Below, one piece after another: positions 1 to 9,173 of a stretch of 64,000 nucleotides of DNA. Within the stretch, counting starts at the first letter, position 1. Each line of letters starts with the position of its first letter. The notes below the pieces were generated by a model. It saw only the letters and a list, made by a program, of their open reading frames with translations, did no database searches and was not told where the DNA came from. The translations under genes were made by a program, and so were the position numbers. The stretch is from an uncultured Nitrososphaerales archaeon (lineage in GTDB: Archaea > Thermoproteota > Nitrososphaeria > Nitrososphaerales > Nitrososphaeraceae): the NCBI GenBank assembly GCA_963841565.1, contig CAWJCY010000001.1:1-64000 (forward strand), read 5' to 3'.

Positions 1-43
1 TGTTGTGACTACTGTCAAGATAGGAAGGCCATTTTTGATACCT

Positions 44-620
44 CTAATGATTGTTGACAGAAGATTGACTTGTCTGACCGATAGTAGAAGAATACTTTTC
101 TGATAAGGCCTTCGGTTCTGCTTCTGCTTCTGCATCGTCCTCTGCCCAATCCTTTAATAACTGTTCTTCTTCCTTTGCTGTTAGTTTATGTATCTTGGTA
201 CCAGGTCTAACACCAAACCTATCGACATCATAAACCGTTTGAATAGGACTCTTGTGCATCCCTGGAGCCGCTTTATAATACTCATTGATTGTGGCTACCG
301 TACTTAGAATGTCAGATAGTATCTTTGCTCTGTTCATATCTTGGCTGGTTATGTGTTCTTTATCTGCTATCTCCCATTGTTTACGGAGGATTAGTTTTAC
401 AGCATCTAAACATTGTTTATAGTAATAGGTAAAGTCTGACTTAGTTATGTCATAGATGAACTGCTGCGAGATTAGTTTGAGTGCTTTGATGTCTTTTGAT
501 ATCGTAGAGTTGCTACTCCTAACTTTGCAGCTATCTCTACCTCCGTATAAGATTGGGTTACCAAAATAGCGACTTGTCTGCGTCTTTCTTCGGCTAAATA
601 TTGCTGGGGAAATTTTGCAA
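44..620 (-). CDS. HTH-domain protein, paralog of 2666..3112 (frameshift near 515)
   Basis: An alternative frame reads EERRRQVAILVTQSYTEVEIAAKLGV and joins (S)NSTISKDIKALK of ORF 44..760. This aligns with ERRENTLALLTKGMKGYEIAKEIGVDASTVSRDIQYL. Start is approximate. Confidence 0.6.
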
Positions 621-1790
621 AACTTAAATAGTTGAATCATAACAATGGCCAAACATAAAGATTTATGCAGAGTCTCTAACCATTCACTTTTCAATGAGAA
701 ATTTCGAATGTATATCCTTGCGTGACTCTTCTCTAGATGACTGACGTATAATACAAACACGGATGTCCTTTATGAGGGATACTTATAATTTGATGGTTTG
801 TTATTGAGCCCAAAACTAATGTCAAAAATGGTTCACATTACCTGAATAAAACAACACGAATGATGATCGATCTTGGAAAAGAGTCCTGACATTTCAGCAG
901 ATATGTAGATATCGCCCTCGAAATAGCCAGCCGCAGGCAGAATGTTCTGTTTGTCATCATCTTACAGATTTCGAAGAGTATTATCTCCTTCAAGATAAAG
1001 GGCTGACAGATGGTCGATCATGGCATCCAGAGGCATGTCATTATCTTGGCCAGTGTTAGCCCAGGCAGTACCGTTATATTGCCTGCCAGTATATCCGGTA
1101 GGATTTCCCTCTGTTATACTTGTTGATATCTCTAGCCATCTGTTACAGAACTGGAAACTCTACACTAACGACATCATTCTGTACCATTTGATACGTTAGT
1201 CCTTAGTCTTACCGCAAAAGATTGTTCCCCGGTACCAAACTGTTGTATAAGCCATCCGAAGAATCGTCTCCCACAAACCTATCGATAAACAATTCGATAC
1301 TGACGTATTGGGGCTTATAATTATGCATCATTCAAAAAGGCTGGGCATGATGTTGTATTAATGGAACCAAATGACCCAAATAATGAAGATGAGAGAAGCG
1401 GAGCCAGTGGTGATAATTTAAACCCCCCATTATCAATGAACATGAGCAAGAGACATTGCACTTGCCACTCTGGAAATCAATGACGTTACTAGTTAGAAGT
1501 AGTACCTAGCAGAAGCAGTATCTGAAACTACCACACCCATATTTACAGATAGATATGCAGGGCTTACTTCCTCCAGATGACCGCTAGATTTCATGGAGAT
1601 AGAAAGGTAGTGACGTATATAAAGTGGGTAGCAATTTGCAACTTACTAGGTAATCCACACACGACTAACTTTACAAAAGGTTATTACCATATTTAATAGA
1701 TTAGCGAACTATAATATAAAATGATAATATGACTTTAAGGAAGGATAGCAGTAATCTTAACGGCGGCATAAGTACCAACAACCAATCGAG

Positions 1791-2261
1791 ATGGAGATGA
1801 CAATGACTACTGACGCAGAAACCTTGGTGCGCCGCGCGTACCAGTTGGCCGAGGGCAACGTCATGGACGTGCAAGGATTCGTCGACCTGTTTGCCGACGA
1901 CGGAGAAATCAATGCCGGCACCATGAACTTCCGCGGTGAGCAGTTGGGCTGGCTCGTGGTGTTCTTGGCCAAGTTCGCTCCCGACATTCACCGTGAACTC
2001 CATCGGGTGGTCGTTCAGGACAACATCGTTGCGGTCGAGCTGGCGATCCGGGGCACCTTCACCGGGCCATACGAGTCGCCTGCCGGCGTCCTTCAGCCGA
2101 ACGGAGCCAAACTCGACGTTCCCGGCGCTGACTTCTGGGTCGTGGAAGACGGCAAGATCAAGCAGTTCAACTGCCACGTAAGCGTGAACATCCTGCTCGA
2201 ACAAATGGGCGTGCAGGCAGACTTCGCGTCCGCAATCAAAGCACAGGCAGTCGCGGGCTAA
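1791..2261 (+). CDS. SnoaL/NTF2-like (ester cyclase family) protein
   Basis: LVRRAY...FVDLFADDG...APDIHRELHRVVVQDNIVAVELAIRGTFTGP...ADFWVVEDGKIKQFNCH pattern. GGAG lies 6 nt before the ATG at 1803, the likely start. Confidence 0.85.
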   Translation: MEMTMTTDAETLVRRAYQLAEGNVMDVQGFVDLFADDGEINAGTMNFRGEQLGWLVVFLAKFAPDIHRELHRVVVQDNIVAVELAIRGTFTGPYESPAGVLQPNGAKLDVPGADFWVVEDGKIKQFNCHVSVNILLEQMGVQADFASAIKAQAVAG

Positions 2262-2665
2262 GGCAGAACCTCAATCACGCTGGTGGATCGCGGAGACCAT
2301 CTTGAGGGAGAACTACTTCGTGATGCCATTGATACTGTATTTTCAATTGTACCTCTTCATTCTTAGCAGGAAAGATTACCGTGACTTTTAAATCATTTTT
2401 TTCTTTATTAATATCATTGTTTTCAGTTTGATGGGACGCTATATCCATTGACCCTCTATCGAAATTGAATGATTACATAGGTTATCTCTCTTTTTCTGTA
2501 CTACTCTGTATTTTCCGTACTGTTCCATAGCCTTTTTTTTGAGATCACCTAATTCATGGCTCAATTACTGTCGGGGCTCTGCAAGATATTTGAATCCTCC
2601 TCAACCCTATTTGCAATATATTTATCAGTACGAACGTGAATAAATACAATAACTGCAATAATTGA

Positions 2666-3112
2666 ATGCCTAGATCTGTACCACACAACAGAATACAAAT
2701 AAAAGAAAGAAGAGAGAATACTCTGGCTCTTCTTACTAAAGGGATGAAAGGCTATGAGATCGCCAAAGAAATAGGTGTTGATGCATCAACTGTTAGTAGA
2801 GACATTCAATATTTAATTTCTCAATCACATAATTATCTAAATACCTTAGCTAAAGAAGCCCTTCCATTTATGTATCAAACTTCAATAGAAGGAATAAAAA
2901 ATGTGCTCAAAGAATGTTGGAGCATTTATACTTTGGACAGCCATGACAATAATAAAGATTTAACATGGTTTCATAAACTAGCTGCTCTAAAACTTGCAAA
3001 AGAATGTAATGAAGCATTATTCAAACTCACTGCAGAAGGGCCATCTGTAATGTATGTTAAGATTTTAGAGGAGAGATTGGAGAGGATTGAAACTAAACAA
3101 ATCAATCGGTAA
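2666..3112 (+). CDS. N-terminal HTH, all-helical protein
   Basis: GMKGYEIAKEIGVDASTVSRDI HTH signature; AT-rich TATA-like sequence upstream. Confidence 0.75.
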   Translation: MPRSVPHNRIQIKERRENTLALLTKGMKGYEIAKEIGVDASTVSRDIQYLISQSHNYLNTLAKEALPFMYQTSIEGIKNVLKECWSIYTLDSHDNNKDLTWFHKLAALKLAKECNEALFKLTAEGPSVMYVKILEERLERIETKQINR

Positions 3113-3649
3113 CTTAACGAAGAGACTTAATAGACTGGATCCTCATCTTCCTACTTCTCATGTTCCTTCCAGTAATAACAGGATGGGCTTAAGCCATTGG
3201 AAAGGTAAACCCATAATACCAATAGACGAGTGGATCAAGTTTAGAGATACATCTTATGCACTAGATTACTTTCCTGATGACTTCGATCAGACATTGTCAT
3301 TCATTGACTCCCCTATTATCGATATGAATTTGAACGCAAAAAGAGAAGGCTGGAGGCGAAAAGGCGGTCAGATGGATGGTTAAGTGATGAAGTTGGATAT
3401 GGGACGATCTGTCATGATTCAAGAGGTAATTTGGTTGACGGATTAGGCAATCCGATTAAGGAAGCAGAAGCGGTAGAGGAGGATGAAGAACAGGACAGAG
3501 ATGGGGAACTCAGACTTAGATTCAAACTCAAGCAAGACCAAGAAGACATACAGAAGTGGCATTCAGACTATATTCAACTAATGGAGTATGCCAAGAATCC
3601 GAACTATATTTCTTATTGTGCTGATACTGAGGCCCAAAGAATCTTTTGA
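3087..3649 (+). CDS. hypothetical protein (ORFs 3087..3383 and 3431..3649 probably one gene, frameshift ~3310)
   Basis: The frame of the second ORF is open upstream (PYYRYEFERKKRRLEAKRRSDGW...) back to a C-run at ~3310. Confidence 0.5.
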
Positions 3650-3707
3650 GGACATGTTCGAAGTGTTCAGGATGTCGTTAAAATTTTATTATTAATCAGA
3701 GGGGAGA

Positions 3708-3905
3708 CTACCCTTCATCACATAGAGGGGTCAAGTGGGGAGAGCCTAATGCCTTCTTAGCTGCGTCAAGATGTCTCTGTACTCCTTCACCATCGCCATT
3801 CCGTAAAGCAGACTGTGCATCATTGATATGATCCATTGCTTCTCCAGTGCTCAAGTGTAAAACCAGAACTAGGACATACAAGCGGTTCGCAATGAAACAT
3901 CCCAA
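3708..3905 (-). CDS. small, possibly secreted helical protein
   Basis: Hydrophobic N-terminal stretch followed by the helical hairpin EAMDHINDAQSALRNGDGEGVQRHLDAA. Confidence 0.35.
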   Translation of the reverse strand: MGCFIANRLYVLVLVLHLSTGEAMDHINDAQSALRNGDGEGVQRHLDAAKKALGSPHLTPLCDEG

Positions 3906-4119
3906 TAATATGGTGCAGATGAATATCCTTGGCCATTCTATCTCAATAGTTCTGGTGTGCTAATAGCAGTTAGATTGTCCAAATGATTCTAATAGACTTG
4001 GTTCTATAATATCAATATCTATTAAAGAGATCTCAATAAAAGCGACATTCAATGTAATTGATCTAATAAGATGTCCATATGATACACTACCAAGAGATAA
4101 TCCTGATACATACATCATA

Positions 4120-4650
4120 TTGCCAAAACCTCTAAAGGGTATACTCTTTGTCTCATTCGATAATCCATGGTATATGTCAGGTCAAGTCAGGGTTAGGGGA
4201 ATTAGCGGCGGTAAATATCCATTTCATTATCTGGAGATGATAGATTATGTTTTTGGCAGGGAAGAGAATACGATTGAAGTATGCAGTGGCAGTGTTAACG
4301 AGAAATGTTTCACTGTGGATCTCAATCCAGAAACAAATCCTCAGATCGTTGATGATGGGCAGACTCTATATAAAATTCCAAATGACACGTTCAATAGATG
4401 GAGATGTGATCCTCCATACAATGAAAACACGGCCAGAAAGATGTACGGAACCGATCTACCTAAACCAATAAGATTACTCGAGGCAGGTGCAAGAGTCTGT
4501 AGAAAGGGATCTCTGATGTTCATGCTGCTAGGTCCAACAAACTATCAGTGGCACCCTAAAGGAACGAAGCGAATCGCCTACATCGATATGACAGTTGTTC
4601 CGGACAATGAGGTTAGATGTCTTAATGTCTTTTATAAATATGGAGATTAA
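4120..4650 (+). CDS. minimal amino-methyltransferase (N6A/N4C type)
   Basis: Motif I-like EVCSGS, VDLNP, and motif IV DPPY; no room for a large target-recognition domain. Confidence 0.7.
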   Translation: MPKPLKGILFVSFDNPWYMSGQVRVRGISGGKYPFHYLEMIDYVFGREENTIEVCSGSVNEKCFTVDLNPETNPQIVDDGQTLYKIPNDTFNRWRCDPPYNENTARKMYGTDLPKPIRLLEAGARVCRKGSLMFMLLGPTNYQWHPKGTKRIAYIDMTVVPDNEVRCLNVFYKYGD

Positions 4651-5286
4651 TATTTAATGCATGTATATTGATATTTCCAAGTGGTAGTTCATTACAATAA
4701 TGACTGCTGAAAATATGAAATGATCTATGATAGATGATCTAGAAAAATAAGGCTAACTAAATTATTGATTAGTTAATAGGTTCTAGTCGATTACAGGTCA
4801 CATCACGATCATTAGATGTTATTTTGTAAGGGTTAGGAAGAATGAAGGAAGTTGTTACTCTTTGTGCCATTCGTTATAGCAAATACTTTCCAAAGATTGC
4901 CGCAGTTCTCCTTATTTTTATGAGTGTAGGAATCGTTGTAGGAATAATGAGCTGTATTAAAACAAGTAAAATATTAGCGGTGCAAGATTGCCACATGATT
5001 ACAAGTAGCTGATTTAATCCATCTTCTTCTACTATCACATATAAGGGGGGGTACGCCAAAATAGGTAGTTAATGACCATGTCTTCTTTGCGATAAAACTT
5101 CACACCCCCTACCCTTGTTCCTCTCATTTCGATTCTTCCCCTACCGCTACATCATCTGGATCTTTATCATCTGAATTCACTTCACTATCTGAATATACAC
5201 CATCGTTTGCATCCCCTTCCTCCTCAGCATCCTCATCATTCGTATCTATGTCCTCCTCTTCATTCTCGTCCTCAGGATGAGAATGA

Positions 5287-8136
5287 TTACATTGAAGGAG
5301 ATGGTATCGGGATTCCAGTCCTTCTGCTAAATTCTTCATTCAACGATGCTAACAGATCTTCTAACCATCGAAAATCTTTGTTTTCTAATTCCTTATTCTC
5401 AATTCTCTTCGTATTCTCTTTTTCAATCGCATCAATGTCTTCAATGAGTCCCTTGGTTGAAATGTCATAATCAACATGCTCTGCCTCTATCTTATCTACT
5501 TCGTCTGCTGCAGCTATTGTTCCAGCCTTTTCAGCTAACTTATTTGTTATAATTAAACTTGGTAGCATAACATACACTATCTTCTTAAGACTTAGGTTAT
5601 AATCCGCTGTATCGAATAATTCATGGAAGCTCGGAAGAATGAATTCATTCCAAAACCCTTCTGCTCCAACATACGCTATTACATTATCTATTTCTATGCG
5701 TCTGCCATATTTCCCACCAGTTAGAAGCTCCCAGTCCTCTTCAGGTATCAATCCATCATCGTACATCTGCTCTGCAGTTGTAGCATGGTTATTAGCACAA
5801 TAATCTACGTTTACCTTCTTTTCACTGCCCTTGGGTTTGGGCAAATCCTCTACAACTTCATCTATTGGAACATTTAATCTCTCTAAGGTATCAATTCTTA
5901 TGCCAATTCTGGTTATGTTAGGCACTTCTCTCGCCATAGCCCATCCCGAAAAATCATCATCTGTAAGTATCGCCATCCTAGCTCCTTCCTTAGTTGCTAG
6001 TTCAGAGAACTCCTTTGCGTTATCTGTCAGAAAACCCTTGGTATAACACAGAGCAAAACCGTATTTATCTGCCCAATATGTAAGAAGCTCGACAACACCT
6101 TCCTTTTCTATTATGAGAATAAATGTAGCTATCTTCTTTATCCTTTCCAGTTGCTTGAATGATACATCGTAAATCTGTCCTCTAAAGTATATGTGAGCAC
6201 GCGGTGCTTCGTATATTCCAAGTGCTCCTCGTTTTACTCCTATCTTACCTGTTTTTACAAACTGACCATTTACAAGTTTTAATTCAGGCATCTCATCACA
6301 GATGGTCTTAACGAGACTCTGCAGGTACTTTCTTTCTACATGTATCCCACGACGTTCTAGCTCTGGTCTGTATCGATATACTGGAGTGCTGGTATTCCAA
6401 CTATCAGTGTTTTTGATATATGGCTCCTTTAACACTTTTTTATATCGTTCTTCGACGAGATACCCTGCAAAGAGAGCTTTTGCTTCTAATTTATTACCAT
6501 CATCATCCCGTCTTTTATTGCTACCAGAACACATCTTAGAGAGCAAATCAACGAGATCGTAGTAGAATGGATTGAGGTCTATATCCGATTTCCCATAGTC
6601 AGTATATTGTAATTTCGGACACCATAAATTAACTAAAATTATGCTCCTTTCCTTCTCTGGTCTACCATCCTTACCATGAGAATATCCACACTCTTTCAAA
6701 AGGTCCCTTACGCCATATGCCTGCTTCTTAGCACCGCTTTTTGTAGTCCATTCAAGAGAATAGCCATCTGAGAATGAATGGTAATGATTTGGAGCGGAAT
6801 TAATTCCTTCACAATAAAACAAGTAGTAAGGTAGACTGTATGTATGTATGACAGCAACTTCTATTATATATGGAACGCAAGTATCAGTAGTATTCTTAGA
6901 TATATCTGATTTATGATCGTGGTTGTCTGAGTAATAATATCCAATCTTAGTCTTGTATTTTATATGCTTAGGATCATATCCAAGCTGACTAGCTCTTGCA
7001 AATAGAGCTTGTTCTCTGCCCTTAATACTGAATGGGAGTAAATCTCTCTTTAATATGGACTGGTCAGTGGGGGGACCCATAGTATCACGCAACCTTAGAA
7101 ATATGTCTCGTATTTTTTCTTCACTTTCTTGTTTTGATAGTTGTTGTAACTGTCCTACAGGAACGAGCAAATCATCTTCTTTCTTAAGAGAACCCCCTTC
7201 TTTGAAATGACTTATGAGAATATCGTACAATATCATACTTTTATCTTCAATGCCGTAGATTAGATTTTCAAAAGTCGATAGATCAGTCCAATATATGCTC
7301 GTATGTCGTTTACTGTTAGTATTGCTAATAGAGAGCTTTTGGGTTGCGGGTAATGTCACATCCCAGCGCTCATCATCATCAGTAATGGAAGTCACTACAT
7401 CAAAATGAAATGTAATGTGGGTATTGAGCAGTGCATATTTTATGAGAACCAGCTTAATATGGGTTAATTCAATTATATTATCATTATAGGGCAAGTGTGT
7501 CTCAATCTCAGTGAAATTATCATTTGTTGCTGTCGTCTTTTTTATAATAGTACAGTAATTACGTCCCTCGATCTTATCCACAACAGCCCTTATCTCAAAT
7601 TCTTCTTCGGTCCCATTTCTTATGATAAGTGGTTCGTTCCATCCTTCTTTTCCATTGTATTTTGTGCCCAGGGCATAAGGAATGCCCACTTCCTCTTTTA
7701 GAGCATCGCCCTGCAGACCTCGACTTAGCTTGAAAAGATTTCGCTTACTAGAATGAAATCTATCAAGATCATCAAATATAGCATGGATTCGTTCTTCAGT
7801 AAATCCTATATCCTTTGAACCAAAGTTGGAGTTTCTTACCCTTATTACGAGATAGTTTTGTTCTTGATTGTACTTTACATCCACAAAGATTTCTGCATTT
7901 CCATCAAATGAAGATGGGAAATTAACTTCAGAGAAATCCAATGCATTATCAATATTTTCCTTTAATCCAAAAACTGCTAGCTCATCCTCGGTAGCCCCAG
8001 TACGTTTGCAGACTCCGGCAAGAGTGAAATAGTCCATGTTGCTTCTCTCTGATGTGAATAGCGTATTGGAAGGTGAAGTAGGAGAATGGGGGTCAGGGTT
8101 TTTTGCGTTAAATCTACCATGGCCGTTGTGCGTCAA
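5287..8136 (-). CDS. fused TopoVIB-TopoVIA type IIB topoisomerase (Topo VIII-like); probable acidic tail extends to 5124
   Basis: GHKL N-box LKENIDNALD and SSK...SRGLQGDALK; transducer-region PYIIEVA, GINSAP, LWCPKLQYTDYGKS; WHD PVYRYRP (Tyr ~587); Toprim ILIIEKEG...TKGF...LTDDDFSG. Confidence 0.85.
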   Translation of the reverse strand: MTHNGHGRFNAKNPDPHSPTSPSNTLFTSERSNMDYFTLAGVCKRTGATEDELAVFGLKENIDNALDFSEVNFPSSFDGNAEIFVDVKYNQEQNYLVIRVRNSNFGSKDIGFTEERIHAIFDDLDRFHSSKRNLFKLSRGLQGDALKEEVGIPYALGTKYNGKEGWNEPLIIRNGTEEEFEIRAVVDKIEGRNYCTIIKKTTATNDNFTEIETHLPYNDNIIELTHIKLVLIKYALLNTHITFHFDVVTSITDDDERWDVTLPATQKLSISNTNSKRHTSIYWTDLSTFENLIYGIEDKSMILYDILISHFKEGGSLKKEDDLLVPVGQLQQLSKQESEEKIRDIFLRLRDTMGPPTDQSILKRDLLPFSIKGREQALFARASQLGYDPKHIKYKTKIGYYYSDNHDHKSDISKNTTDTCVPYIIEVAVIHTYSLPYYLFYCEGINSAPNHYHSFSDGYSLEWTTKSGAKKQAYGVRDLLKECGYSHGKDGRPEKERSIILVNLWCPKLQYTDYGKSDIDLNPFYYDLVDLLSKMCSGSNKRRDDDGNKLEAKALFAGYLVEERYKKVLKEPYIKNTDSWNTSTPVYRYRPELERRGIHVERKYLQSLVKTICDEMPELKLVNGQFVKTGKIGVKRGALGIYEAPRAHIYFRGQIYDVSFKQLERIKKIATFILIIEKEGVVELLTYWADKYGFALCYTKGFLTDNAKEFSELATKEGARMAILTDDDFSGWAMAREVPNITRIGIRIDTLERLNVPIDEVVEDLPKPKGSEKKVNVDYCANNHATTAEQMYDDGLIPEEDWELLTGGKYGRRIEIDNVIAYVGAEGFWNEFILPSFHELFDTADYNLSLKKIVYVMLPSLIITNKLAEKAGTIAAADEVDKIEAEHVDYDISTKGLIEDIDAIEKENTKRIENKELENKDFRWLEDLLASLNEEFSRRTGIPIPSPSM

Positions 8137-8282
8137 AATCGATGGCCCCCTTCTCCTACTTCAAAAGAGTTAACGTCGAGAGAGCCGAGATCATCATTAT
8201 TGTGATCTTCTCGAATTGACTCACAATCCGTTGGGCCAAAATACTCCATGACCTGATTTTCCGATGATAGTTTATCATTCAT
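8133..8282 (-). CDS. 49-aa acidic ORF translationally coupled to the topoisomerase gene
   Basis: ATG at 8282 reads MNDKLSSENQVMEYFGPTDCESIREDHNNDDLGSLDVNSFEVGEGGHRF. Its TGA overlaps the TTG start of the topoisomerase (TTGA). Too short for the ORF track. Confidence 0.5.
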   Translation of the reverse strand: MNDKLSSENQVMEYFGPTDCESIREDHNNDDLGSLDVNSFEVGEGGHRF

Positions 8283-8303
8283 TTTTGGTGAATAGATCTT
8301 TCA

Positions 8304-9167
8304 TCATCGATGTCGTAACACAGCTAATATCCGTTCAATCACATCCTGTGGAATCCGTGCCGAAAACTGATTCGTCTGAGGATTATATTCGACTGTGAGT
8401 GGAAGAAATTGAGAACCGAATTCGATCTCGGTCTTTCCCTTTATGATTTTCATTTCATTAGATTTTGAGTTTCTTAATTCTTTTTGTAATTGAATATACT
8501 TCTCTTTCCACATCAAATTCTCACTGGCAAATTCTTCAAATTGTGAGCACTTTGTTTGTAAATCGTTTACCTGCGTTTGTAAGGCTTTGACTATATCCCC
8601 TGTGTTTTGTTCCACTTGTGGTTCTATATCTGACTTGACTTCTCTTGGTACATCTGAGCTCGCATCACATACTCCATGCAGATTGGGATTGTTATTACTA
8701 CCCGGATCATCTATTTCATTGACAATTATGCTCTCGCCTGTAGATGATACTTCTATTGGAATCTTATTGTCATTTCGCGAATTGTTCGCTATTTGACTAG
8801 TAGATTGTTCCTTAACTTCCTTCTCGTTTGGATATTTTTCTGCAAGGATCTTTTCAATATATCTTGTGCTAATGTAATCTCCCAATTCACGAGCTAGTGT
8901 AGCGCGAAGCAAGTCCTTGGGATACCGATGCTTTTCAAGAAGAGCGGCTAGATCAAGAATAATCTCTTTTTTACGCCTTGTCTCGTAAAATTTTTTGTGT
9001 TCTTCATACTCCTTGAGCTCGTCCCGCGCTTTCTGAATGTATTCAGATATGTTTTCAGGTAAAGGCTTCTGTTCACCTGCGAATAGCTCTGGTTCTGATC
9101 CCTGTTCTTGTTCTGAATCGATTGAGATATTGTTCTCCTCCAAAGAATCATGAGTTCTATCATGCAT
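8304..9167 (-). CDS. hypothetical protein with helical N-terminal domain, disordered linker and coiled coil
   Basis: 287-aa ORF inside the element operon; heptad-rich VKALQTQVNDLQTKC...LQKELRN. Confidence 0.7.
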   Translation of the reverse strand: MHDRTHDSLEENNISIDSEQEQGSEPELFAGEQKPLPENISEYIQKARDELKEYEEHKKFYETRRKKEIILDLAALLEKHRYPKDLLRATLARELGDYISTRYIEKILAEKYPNEKEVKEQSTSQIANNSRNDNKIPIEVSSTGESIIVNEIDDPGSNNNPNLHGVCDASSDVPREVKSDIEPQVEQNTGDIVKALQTQVNDLQTKCSQFEEFASENLMWKEKYIQLQKELRNSKSNEMKIIKGKTEIEFGSQFLPLTVEYNPQTNQFSARIPQDVIERILAVLRHR

Positions 9168-9173
9168 AGACTT

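Noticed and set aside
1701-2204. 167-aa minus-strand ORF and other overlapping ORFs across the SnoaL gene
   Set aside because: Shadow ORFs caused by high GC; only the plus-strand frame has a recognisable fold.
5041-5116. G-run/C-run imperfect inverted repeat downstream of the topoisomerase as an origin or terminator
   Set aside because: Arms are ~50 bp apart with bulges; support is too weak.
5287-8136. Wadjet JetD, MORC/PtuA-type defence ATPase, or cellular Topo VI
   Set aside because: No SMC or kleisin genes nearby; GHKL, Tyr-bearing WHD and Toprim are in one chain, which fits Topo VIII better.
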